From NCBI GenBank assembly GCA_965285935.1, contig OZ260664.1, positions 65,038,001 through 65,102,000 on the forward strand: a stretch of DNA of 64,000 bases, in the 5' to 3' direction. The notes below the pieces were generated by a model. That model was given only the letters and a program-made list of their open reading frames with translations. It was not told the DNA's origin and searched no databases. Positions within the stretch are counted from its first letter, which is position 1, and every line of letters begins with the position of its first letter. Below, one piece after another: positions 1 through 11,830 of this stretch. Position numbers and translations under genes: made by a program. Origin of the DNA: Ophelia neglecta (taxonomy: Eukaryota).

Positions 1-998
1 CTGCAGGCACTAGTTGCCTTTACTCACTCCAACAAGACAGAAGAGGGGGAATGAAATTTCTTGACTTGCTGGATGCATGCAAAGGCATGGAACAGAATAA
101 TTATCTAAGTGTGGAAGTTCCAGACTCAAACAAAAAAAAGAGAGACCTAGGGAGAAAAATTAAGAAGCCAATGGAAAAACTGCCAAGAGAATAATTCAAA
201 GGTTGATTTCTCATTTGAACACGGACACACTCATCCAGTTACTGTGGGTTTACTGGCCACACGCTATTCCCAGATGTAGGCAATGTACATGTACACCAAC
301 GTGCTCATGTAGCTCAAGGCATCTCAAGACCACTCCTTCACAGTCATTGCAGTATCACTACATAGTGAATAAACTTTATGACAATACAAATTTTGCACTT
401 AATTATTTTAAAAGTGGGTTCCCACTTTCTTATTTCATGTGTTCTGAGAGGGTATGTAAGTCATAGTCCTATATACCAAGACTACATCAGAAGATCTAGC
501 TTATGCTTTTACTGCATCAGTAAAAAAAACATGCAAAAATCAGGCAGCTTGAAATAATAAGTGAAAATAGTATAATTTAATTGTGAAAAATCATGGTTTC
601 TTAAGGTCTATGCTCTGGGCTAGGCCCATTTAGCTGTGCTGCTTGGGTCTACATGGATCCTAGAGGTTTATTAAACTGCCAAATAGACCTCAAGTCTTTG
701 CTGACAAGAAGCAATCAAGATTCACTGGCCAAATAGACTAACTACTCTCCATTTCTCTCAATTGACTTCTTAATGGACTGACCTGACTTGACTTTTCAAA
801 GGCTAAGATAGCTGGATTTATTACCTAGACAAACTCTTCACTGCAAGATTCATGAGATTTATTGCCTGAAAACATCCCAAAGTGAAACATCTCCATGGCT
901 TTTATGATACACTTGTTGTATACTGATTGAAATGTAGGGCTCTGAGTGAAGAAAGACACCGCTGCTACAGATGGTGGCAGTTAATAGGTTGGCTAACA

Positions 999-1618
999 GC
1001 TGCAGTTGAAGGCAGTGAATAAGCCAAAAGATGCAGTTGAAGGCAGTGAATAAGCCAAAAGCTACAGTTGAAGGCAGTGAACGAGCCAAACGATGCAGTT
1101 GAAGGCAGTGAATAAGCCAAAAGCTGCAGTTGAAGGCAGTGAATAAGCCAAACGATGCAGTTGATGGCAGTGAATAAGCCAAAAGCTACAGTTGAAGGCA
1201 GTGAATGAGCCAAACGATGCAGTTGAAGGCAGTGAATAAGCCAAAAGCTGCAGTTGAAGGCAGTGAATAAGCCAAACGATGCAGTTGATGGCAGTGAATA
1301 AGCCAAAAGCTGCAGTTGAAGGCAGTGAATAAGCCAAACGATGCAGTTGAAGGCAGTGAATAAGCCAAAAGCTGCAGTTGGAAGGCAGTGAATAAGCCAA
1401 ACAATGCAGTTGAAGGCAGTGAATAAGCCAAAAGCTGCAGTTGAAGGTAGTGAATAAGCCAAACAATGCAGTTGAAGGCAGTGAATAAGCCAAAAGCTGC
1501 AGTTGAAGGTAGTGAATAAGCCAAAAGCTGCAGTTGAAGGCAGTGAATAAGCCAAAAACTGCAGTTGAAGGCAGTGAAGAAGCCAAAAGCTGCAATTGAA
1601 GGCAGTGAATAAGCCAAT
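999..1618. repeat. Minisatellite, 31-bp unit (gctgcagttgaaggcagtgaataagccaaaa), about 20 highly similar copies
   Basis: Unit starts at 999, 1030, 1061 and onward, head to tail with no unique spacers. Confidence 0.97.
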
Positions 1619-1912
1619 TGAAAGCTATGCTTAAAGCATGACTAAGCCAGTTGCAGTTGGAGGCAGTGCATAGGTTATTAACAGCTGAAATTGAACTTAG
1701 TGAATAGGCTGGTTAACTGCTGCAGTTTTTAGGCAGTGAGTAGGCCAGTTAACAGCTGTAGTTGGAGGCAGGGAATAGGCCAATTAAAAGCAGCAGTTGG
1801 AAGCAGTGACTGGGTCGGTTAACAACTGCTGTTGGAGGCAGTGAATAGGCCAGTTAACAAATGCAGTTGGAGGCATTAAATAGGCCAGTTAACAGCTGCA
1901 GTTCGGGGCAAT
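1619..1912. repeat. Degenerate 35-bp relatives of the 31-bp minisatellite (aacagctgcagttggaggcagtgaataggccagtt)
   Basis: Unit starts at about 1680, 1715, 1751, 1786, 1821, 1856 and 1891. Confidence 0.88.
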
Positions 1913-3423
1913 AAAAAGGCAGCATGTTGGTATATTAATGGTAGAAAGCAGCCTCATCTGGTTTATGTTTTTTTTATTTTGGCAAAACTAGTTACATGTC
2001 TAAGATCCAAACAACTCAAAAATTTAATCAGGTCTTTCATCAGTCTATTAGCAAGGCCTGCTTGAAGTAGTCTCCATCAACAACCTGATGGAGTAGAAGT
2101 CCCTGCTCTGGGCCTCTTGTATACTTATACACTCTATGTTTTCACTGCACAAGTAAAATTATTAAACTAGGAAACTGTCATTGGCACAAATACATATGTG
2201 TTTCTGTGTACACATATCAAAATACACAAAACTTGGCTTGACTAGGAAATACCTGACAACTGAATGTTAGAATATTAACCATATTCCATACATCATTACA
2301 ATTATCACTAAGAATTAATTCATTTCAAACCTAGTTATATTCAGAGCAATTGGATGATTTGGTTTATATCAACGGAAAGTTCTCATGATGAAAACATTTG
2401 TTAACTCATTCAGTCATAACTAAGGATGATCAGCCTTAGGTAATAATCAATTTATCAGGGAACAACCCCACCTGAATTCAAACCCACAGAGACACTACCA
2501 CCACAGTTAAGGAAACTTATATAGCGGTATGGTATATTACAAAGCAAAGTACCTGATCTCTCCTAGCTTTATATCATAATTGTATAACATAGTACCTGTC
2601 TGTTGTGTTTGTACACAGAGAGAGGAGAGAGTGGTTAGCCACAGAACCACACACAAAGTCTTGTCTCAGGTGGGCTGCTAATAACTTAAACTATTTTATT
2701 TGATGTTTGGGGCCCTTTCCAGTACATGTGTATTTACATGTATATGCCCATCATAGGCATTTTTAACAAAATTTACTTTTTTTATCTTTATGATAGCCAT
2801 CTAATAAGCTCGAAGGTGAGACTCCACACAACAGGAGGTGTATTCTGAATGAGAATGTCTACTCACAACTGAAGAGTTCCAGTAGAAAACAAATTTTGTA
2901 AGAAAGCATTCCACCTAATTAAATTGTCACATTGGCAAGAAATTAAAGTCGAGTGTAGAAATAAATGTCTATATTTCCTACCACCTACACAACACTCACA
3001 AAATCTCAGTTGATTAAATGTGATTAATGTGATCATTATGATAAGAGAACAAAAGGCACACAATTCTAGGGCAAAAATTGCCAGATGCACACCACTTTGT
3101 ACATTGAATGTCGAAATATAAACCCTAGTTTTTAATCAACATATATATAATATGATTTTAAGACAGCTGTATTTATTCTAGAGCCAAAGATCATTTATTA
3201 ACATCAAATAGCCAGAAATCATAACTCATAAATGAGCAAGCATACAACATGCAGTGAACAAGGGTAATTTTAAAAACTGTCCAGTATAAAGGCAGTATAA
3301 ATCCCAGCCTGATGCTTCTCAGTGGCGTTTGTGCCCGAGGGCACCTGTCATTGTTGTACATTATAGCAAGGTGCCTCAGGTTAGCAACCTCTGAACTCAA
3401 TGAAAACAAAAGTGAAAACTTAC

Positions 3424-3487
3424 CACTGTGTTTCAGCTTTGATCTGTGCCGAAATGCACCTCTTGTAGTACATAGTAAGTTGCCCAT
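3424..3487 (-). CDS. Candidate alternative first coding exon with an N-myristoylation/palmitoylation-like start (MGNLLCTTRGAFRHRSKLKHS + G)
   Basis: Kozak accATGG, 21 codons, donor GTG|GTAAGT, phase 1. Gly2, Cys6 and a basic patch. Confidence 0.65.
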
Positions 3488-5614
3488 GGTGTTGCCGCTG
3501 GTTGTATAGAGTACATATAATGACGACTGCTTCACAGCACCAAACTTCCATCAATAGTCAAACCTTAGAAAGATGTATCCTATATGGTCTAAAACCCTAC
3601 CATATTTGTTATAGCACACACTATTTGCACAGACTTTTTATCCAAATATAGAAAAATAATTGGCTGCTATTAGCTGGTTTTCCCTGGCAGTGATGAGCTT
3701 CGGCACACAAAGACAAAAGTCACCTAAATCCATCAGGTCTGTATTTTATAGGGTATTATTTACCAAACTATTAATTTCTGTCCAACTTCCCAAAATTCCA
3801 TCTGGTCAGCCCTGGAAACTTTGCTGAAAGTTGTTCAGTAATAACATGTTTATATTCACAGCTCAGTGTAGTCCATCAGTGTATAGATATGTTTTATAGC
3901 ATTTCTGTGAAGATATCTGAATAAAATTTTGGTGTGAGCTATAATTCCCAAATTTCAACCTCTATACACTGAGATATATTCTTAGACACTGGGGTTCTGA
4001 CTGGTCCATAGGCCACAGTGTGATAGCTGGTAGGAACCATGGGGAGATGAGGGCCTAGAGGTGACTATTATTTTGATAAAACAGCTGGCAGGAGGGCACT
4101 CCACAGCTAGTGGATATCCTAGCTTGGGCCTGAGGGTACACTCCCTGGGACACTCCAATACCTCCAAACATAAATGTTCATCAAGAACCTCGCCAGCTAA
4201 CGTCCTTGCTCTCCTCCCAGCTCTGAGTGGCTGCTGGTCTATTTACACATAAACATCACGATGCTGACCACTTTACAACTGATGGTGTTAATTAGACCTC
4301 AATTACTAATAAGAAATAACCACAACAAAGTCACCATCATCATCATATCAGCATGAATAATGAAGAAATATGACTTGGAGAAACATTTTTTTGTGGCCAC
4401 CATCATCTGATTCAGGAAGCACAGGAAAGATGAGCACTGTGTTAGGGACACTGACTTAAGGTGTACATCATCATTTAATATCAAGATGCTGAGTTCAGAA
4501 GTGAACCACCAGTAGGTGCTGATGAAGTGAACTATTTATGGTTTGAAAGCCATAATTACATATTATATGATGTAATTATATGACTGTCCAGTTGCTCTCC
4601 ATCAACCAGTGACTGATAGCAGACAGGCTGGTGAAATATCTAGAAAATAGTATACAATATCTCCAGGACAAAGAAACATCAGGTCAAATTGAATCCAGAC
4701 ACACCCATGAGGAAATAATGTTGATCCATTTGTCCCACGACATGCAATCCATTAACATCTGATATCTCGAATATAACAACTCAGTCACAGCCTAATTTCC
4801 TACACACCTTACTCCATGTACACTTATAGTGACTCCAACAGAAACTATCATAAAGTATGACATTGACTGATGTGAAGTTTTAACTACTTGGGGGAAACTG
4901 CACCAATCTGTGTGCCTTCTGGCAGGCTGGGTCATTGTGGACCTACTACATCCCTGCCTAGATAGGCTTCATTTAGCTCTACACTGATAACATGAGTTCA
5001 TGTTCATTCCAGTATTGTGTAAAGGTGAGCAGTAAATACTGATCAACAGATTCACTATCTACTCTACAGCATGGACAAAGCTGTTCAATCCTTGGTTACA
5101 TGTCTCTTGTTAACTAATTCACACCTAGGAGGGCTAGGTATGTGAAAGTTACAACAAACATTGGCAGTGCAAAAACCCCAGCTAAAGAAGAAATCATGCC
5201 GAATGTACCTGGGACTTTGTAGAAAATGTGGTAAGCCCATAATGACTAGGTAAAAATTAGGAAGGATGGTTATGCTGCTACATGTAGGCCCAAACCTATC
5301 GGGTAAATCATGTTGAGCAATGATAATTAATGACAAGTTGGGTATGTTGCTTAGTTAAACCGAGGCATATGGCCTGTCATCTACATCTCATCATCAAAGC
5401 AGCAGCTGAACCCCAAGCTGAACCCTTGACAAGATCTACCAATAGTCAAACTTCAACTTTAATGTGTATTAATGGCATTCATTAAAATCCAATTATCAGC
5501 ATCTCAGCTGAAAATGTTTGAACGAAATTCCTTGTTACACAAACTCTCCATCTTGGAGCAACAACACATGATCCTTGTCAAAACTGTGATGAGGTGTGTA
5601 TTTTACCATGCTAC

Positions 5615-5732
5615 GCTTACTTGTGTATTACCAATAAGTCCCTGCCAGTCATGTCTTATTGTGTATTGCCACTAAGTCTCTGCCATTCACTTATTATTTT
5701 GTTTTGCCATCAAGTCCCTGCTAGTCATGACT
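5615..5732. repeat. Degenerate tandem repeat of about 38 bp, 3 copies
   Basis: A ttgtgtattgccaataagtccctgccagtca-like core recurs three times. Confidence 0.7.
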
Positions 5733-6196
5733 GCTCAGATTAATTCTAATATTCAATACAGGGCTAAGTCCTGCTCAGAAGACTTGTACCTAAATATCAT
5801 TTTCCTAATCCTTGAACCTTGCCGAAGTCACACATGTTGATGACATAAAACTATTTTATCTGAAATGGAACAACTTTTTGTTTTGTTATGGCCTGATGGA
5901 ATTCTCATCTATCATGTTTAGGTATGAGGATCAGATTTCTTCATTTTCATTTTCATCATGAAGTAAATTAAAGCCATCTGGCATCCATTTAGGATCAATC
6001 ACCATTGTTTCATTATAGTTTACATGTGTTTACAGATTGTGGTCAGTGATTGGCTGTGATAAGAGGGAATTCTCTCATTCTGTTGGTTGAGTTGAGTTCT
6101 GGCCTGTTGCTGGTATTCTCAACTTGGTGGACACCCTAAGGTGATCATATGGCTGGGTGCTGAGAGAGATCTTGCTGGACACCCTCAGATGACCAT

Positions 6197-6306
6197 ATTC
6201 CTGTTATAGGCCTCAATTTACACCAGTCCTTATTCCTGTTAAAAGCCTCAATGTTCACTATTCAATATTTCAGTTGAAGGGCTTAATGTACACCAGTCCA
6301 TATTTC
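6197..6306. repeat. Degenerate tandem repeat of about 35 bp, 3 copies
   Basis: A tattcctgttaNaggcctcaatgtacaccagtcc-like unit recurs three times. Confidence 0.7.
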
Positions 6307-8003
6307 TCACAGTAACTGAGTTTATAGCCTGATGCCTTAGTACAGAGGTGGTCAGTAAGTAGTATTGGCCGGTACAGGAGGGTTCAAGTGGCCGTTTAAT
6401 AGTAGCAATAAGTCAGTAGCATAGGTAGAAGTGTGCCACAAAGGGGCTTGCTGCATTCACATGTACCAAGGTATGTATTGGTGTGTATGCATCAAACTGA
6501 CCAATATGTGAATTTTCAATATGAATACAACAGAAGATAACCACTTAAACAGTATATGATATTGAAGGATTGTTTTGAATAGCAAATTTAAAAAAAAGAA
6601 ACATTTTAATGCTTCACAAAAAGGAAATCTAGTTGCCGTACATGCATGTAAATTGAAGAGAGAACCAGTAGCCAGTATAGGGGAACAAGGAAAACCAGAA
6701 AATATACTGGGCCTCATACGAAATTCATTCCGCGATGAAAATCAACTTCAGAGTCCATGTAAAACAATATTATGTTATGGGAACCCATCCTGGGTGACTC
6801 AATTTACACAGACTGGCATTCCAATGACTTCCAAAGCATCCGACCCGATAAATAATATTCTATCTTTCAAAAATTTGTTACAGATCAGTTCATTTCAACT
6901 TGGATAGTTAAAACAACTCAAAAGATATTCTCAATTCAAACAAATTCAGAATAAACCTATTACTATTGTATTCCCCAATTATAACAATCCAAATATAACA
7001 GAAATAGATTTGATTACCGTATATGATGCACAGAATGTGTATCAGTTTATTAGCATTATTTTATAACTTTAAAAAAAAATCATTATACATAATGAACAGG
7101 AAGTTAATATTTGACTTACATTTAGTGAAATTAACAGTGTTACTCAATTTGCCACTCCTACAAAGCTTACAGAGATAAGCAGTCACATCTGAATGGAGAA
7201 TATCAACAGCTATATCATTTTGTAGTGCACTATTCAACCTGATTCAAATCTGAGCACTCCTTCTATCCCAGCTTTGTACTCAAGTGTGATAGGGTTATCA
7301 TTGAACAAACATGCTTTAAACCAATATTTACCACGGACAACTTATACTTTCTATAGGTGATAAAAATGCAGAAGAGATTTTGAAGTATCCAGGCTCAGTA
7401 AGTCATAAGACATCCATGCCCAACAACGGTAAATATTGTAAGTGGACAAGTTTGGAAGTGGTACGAGCACTCTCAAACTACTGTTGACCTGCTATCATTG
7501 GTTATAAAACATTGAGCTAATTTGGTTATAATATCTGGGTACTTATCCTCTGGGTCAACTACATTTTGTCGGCAGTTAACAAACATGAGGGAGTGGTAAA
7601 ATTGGCTTACAGACGAGGCTTGCTCACTGTACGTGTGACACGACTGCCTTATCTTATGCTGAAAAGTGGTGAAAAAACACAATATGTTTCCTCTCAGAAA
7701 GAAGGTTATGTATTGATGTGTGCTGGCCATACCCCCAGTTAACCATGGACACAGCCTGTGACTGATTGGGCTGACAGGTCACTATTCACATACATGTACT
7801 TGTACCACAGTACATGAGCTGTGTCAGGTACGGCTGGTTAGCTACACAACATTTACTCCACTATCTCACGGCAGAACCCAAAACATTTATGTAACATGAA
7901 TAATCTAGTCATAATCCAGTCAATCAGCAGCAGTTTTTCTTTGCACATCTCTTTGATTTCCTCCGCTACCAGGATGCAGGCCTTGCACAACAGTATAACT
8001 TAC

Positions 8004-8076
8004 CCCAGAAAATTGAGACTTCATTCAGCAAATCCTCAAGGGCCACAAATTCAGATGGTCTTAAATAATGAGCCAT
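8004..8076 (-). CDS. Candidate alternative first coding exon (MAHYLRPSEFVALEDLLNEVSIFW + G)
   Basis: Kozak aacATGG, 24 open codons with an amphipathic helix pattern, donor GGG|GTAAGT, phase 1. Confidence 0.65.
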
Positions 8077-9482
8077 GTTAGATTTCTATTGGATGACTCA
8101 GTATTCAGTAGAAATATTTGTGTGTTTTAAGGAGTTTATTTCCAAGTGATTTTGCCTGGGATCCCATGTATCAATGTGGGTGATCACACAAGCCAGGCCA
8201 GCCTATGAAGGTGACAAAGTCAAGTTGTCAGTCAGTGAACCCATCTTTAGTTATCTCCCAGTCATGGACATCTGCCAGTTCAATCCCCTCTGATATAATA
8301 CATCTTATCCTCCTGATGCTCCCTATCTCCTCAGCTGGTCCTTGTACACACTTTCTCTGTTTGGTATGACAAACCAGAACTGGTTCCTCAATGCCGTGTT
8401 CCTCTGATTGATTGAATACCACTATTACAACAATAAAGTGAAGCAAAACTCAATGCAACTAGAGACATCGGTGAAAGAACTGAGAGTATCTAGTGGTCAT
8501 ACCAGGTATGTACTTTATAATCATGGTCCAGGCTATGTTAAAATCCCTGTATAGCCCATGTACATGTGTATTCCTTGTTTGTGAACTATGAGCTAGCTAT
8601 TTTTGCTTATCGTTTTTTGAACTTTCACACCTGGAGCTGATCAAAAACACTCACAAATTGGTCATACCAGCCAAGGTTCTCTGACATCTGACCAATTTGT
8701 TGCTGACTTGGGTTATCTGCTTCATAAATCATGTTCACAGGCCAATCCTAGTCTACCTTTAACCTATATTTACCATCATAAATCATGCACAACTTGTCCC
8801 ACAGATACACATTGAAGTTTGTACATTTCCATCAAAGCCAGCTTATTAGCTTTCTTTTATTTAACTACCCCCTAAGAATTACACAGCAGTACAATATATA
8901 ACAAGCTGGGTCGTAGCACATGTTTATGTCTACCTACTGCATTTCAAAAGCATAGCATGGCAAACAGCAATTGTAACAAAAAAGGAAACAAATTCCCCCT
9001 AAATATTGGAAATAATCTGAAATGCATAAAAAAACAAGAACTTTGCTCATTTTATTTACCACTTTTTTTTCTGTTCAGACCTCAAGACAAACGTCTTGGG
9101 TAAATCATGGCAGGGCTCAGTTACCTTCTATATAACATTTTACATGGAAATACATTTTGAAAGCCTAGAAAATTGAGGAAAACATGGAATTGTTTTATTT
9201 ATTTTTTGCTGTTACTGAGGCAACCTAATATATATCCACTACGTTCATCAGTTCTTGCATAAGCGTATAGACATTTCAACACTGAAATTTTCCAACTCAG
9301 TAGAATATGCCAAGTCTTAACCATTTGTAAGGAAAAACCCTAGATACAAATCTGTGGGGAAATGGTTTCTGTAGTTTTAGTTGTTGTCATGTTACATGTA
9401 CTACAATTATAAATGGTGTAAGAGATGCTTTCTGATATTACAAATGATGAAATGGGACACAGGCTGTTATACATAAGTAGAC

Positions 9483-9727
9483 TTTTCTCTGAAAAAGGTG
9501 GAGAGCAGTAATATGTACTAACAGCATGGCAGCATGAACCAGGTACATGTTATATTAAAACTGATTGTTTGCTTCAATCCTTGGCATAAAAAAGGCCATC
9601 GTTTTTATTTTCTCTGAAAAGGTGGGGTGCAATAATATGTAACAATATCTGGACATGAAGCCACCTGGTTAATGTGTATTATTACCAAAATCATTTTTCA
9701 AAGTGGTTTGCTACAGTCCTTGCTATG
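9483..9727. repeat. Old diverged tandem duplication, about 125-bp period
   Basis: Both halves start ttttctctgaaaa(a)ggtgg..gca.taatatgta and end gtttgct.ca.tccttg. Confidence 0.65.
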
Positions 9728-10181
9728 ACCTGGTATCTCAGCCCAAGCTGTCACAACCCTCCACCTGATATGATACAGCTTGAACAGAGTCTGACATTAT
9801 ACATGAACATGTTGTGAGCAGTCAGATATGTACAAGTTAGTAAGCTGGCAAGATAGGAATGTTAAACAGTATAGGTTCTACCGATATATGCCAATGTTCA
9901 AAAGGATTAAAGAGAATTTTATAAATAAGTATGTGTACTGATGTTATAAGCAGTCAAGTACAGTGTCAAACAATTGAAGAGCTTGTAATTAAGCCATCTC
10001 ATCTCACTAAGAGCTGGGAGTCATATTCATGAAAAATACTTCACAAGTTTTAGGGCAAAATTAGCCCTACATTTCGAGTGCCAAAATGGTAGAAAGGCAT
10101 CATTGTTTACACAGATGTTGAGTACCTTGTACCCAATCATATAACAAACTCAATCTTCAATATAAAGAAAATTCTACTTAC

Positions 10182-10218
10182 CAACAAATTTGTCTAACAC
10201 AATTGATGTGAGAGCCAT
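10182..10218 (-). CDS. Candidate alternative first coding exon (MALTSIVLDKFV + G)
   Basis: Kozak agcATGG, 12 codons, donor TTG|GTAAGT, phase 1. Confidence 0.55.
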
Positions 10219-11432
10219 GCTCCTGATTTAGTTTTTGAGGGATTTTTACTCAAAAGGAAATTCCTGTGATCCCCGACCGTTTCCAGCTCTAAAGGAAGCT
10301 GCAGCAAGTGTGTCATACCAACACTAGTAAGCTGTCTGGGCTGGGGGCTGGAACGCCCAGAGATCTTGTAGAAATGTTTCTAGTCAAAAATCAAGAATCT
10401 GATTAACAAACCTTCCATTTAGCCTGAGTGGGCTGAAGGTCAGGAGTTCAGTGTATGCCTCTGAATTACATGTGCTGAGAAGTGTACTTCTCCATGACAG
10501 AGTAGGAGTCTGCTTACCACACTAACCTCTGCCTTAATGCAGGGTTACAGAGGGAGGGATGCCCAGGCATTAGCAGGGAGAGAGTTCCACCATCTGTATC
10601 CCTACTGCAACTAATGCAGCTTTTTATACGTAAACCTACTCAGGTAACTTTTTTTCAATCAACAAAGGCATTGAGTTACATGATACTTGAGCCAGAATAA
10701 ACTTTCAAGAGAATTCACATTAATAAAAATTGGCTGTTTGTAGTGAAGTTGGCAGCAACTAATTCCCCCTTTCTAGTACGGCTCAAACAAGATGGAAAGG
10801 GACATTCTTTCATCTTGTTCAGAATGTCAACTATACAAGTGCATTTCTGCACATTTTCCCCTGAGGTCGCAAGGAGCAGACTCCACAGCACTCTAAACTG
10901 TCTCCAGATTGTATCATACCAATAAAACCATTAACATATACCTTACGATCTAGGCTTGTTTCTCTTTGGTGAGCCAACACAAAGCTGGCATCTATTACTT
11001 TACACAGGCCCAGGAGAAGTGCTTACCCAAACATATCTGAACCTTTAACATTAAATAACCAATGATGGCCTGCCTTTCAGCTCAGTCTGGGGTTTAAAGG
11101 CACACTAGATCACACCAGATCTGACTGTTAGACCTCTTTGTCAAATGTAAAAAGTGAATGGACAGAAGAAGGCATAAAAGCTATGAAGGAAATTGAAGTA
11201 CAAAGCTGAAACAAATGATCTGAGAGTGAGTAGAGTGTGGTGTAAGAAGTAGGAGTTGTCCTGATCCTAGTGCCAGCCTGCTGGTATGGTACTAATTACA
11301 GGGTCTGTGATGTCTGCTATTCTGTCTGTCCAGTCCATTAATCCCAAGGCCTTCCAAATAAACACCCTGTCTGCCAGAATGCTTGGCTATCAAGTCATTA
11401 GATAACAACATGACACTGCTAAATTTCTATGT

Positions 11433-11830
11433 CACAACCCTATCATAGAGGGTATTTCAAACACAACCCTATCATAGCGGGTCTTTCTAACACAGGCATA
11501 TCATAGAGGGTCTCTCTAACACATGCATATCATAGATGGTCTCTTAGATATCAGCATATCATAGAGGGTCTCTCAAACACCAGCATATCATAGAGGGTCT
11601 TTTAAATACAACCATATATCATAGAGGGTCTCTCAAACACAAGCATATCATAGGGAATCTCTCAAACACAAGTCAATCATAGAGGGTCCCTTCAACACAA
11701 GCCTGTCATCTCAAACACAAGTCTATTATAGAGGGTCTCTTAAACACAAGCCTGTGATCTCAAACACAAGCCTATTATAGAGGGTCTCTTAAACACAAGC
11801 CTCCCGTGCAGTCTCTCAAACACAGCCCTC
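11433..11830. repeat. Degenerate minisatellite of about 29-30 bp (tcaaacacaagcatatcatagagggtctc), about 13 copies, some truncated
   Basis: tatcatag cores recur at 29-30 bp spacing from 11441. Confidence 0.9.

Noticed and set aside
859-1617. Minus-strand ORFs of 107-196 aa
   Set aside because: These are translations of the 31-bp minisatellite cycling through all frames.
999-1618. CRISPR array (repeat length about 31 bp)
   Set aside because: Units are head to tail with no unique spacers, there are no cas genes, and the context is eukaryotic.
2867-2909. Phase-1 leader candidate MLSYKICFLLELFS-T|GTGAGT
   Set aside because: The donor context is weak, and the terminal T would form TAA or TAG if the shared exon begins AA/AG as expected.
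7473-7730. 85-aa ORF with a possible donor near 7606
   Set aside because: The donor is weak and phase 0, incompatible with the phase-1 series.
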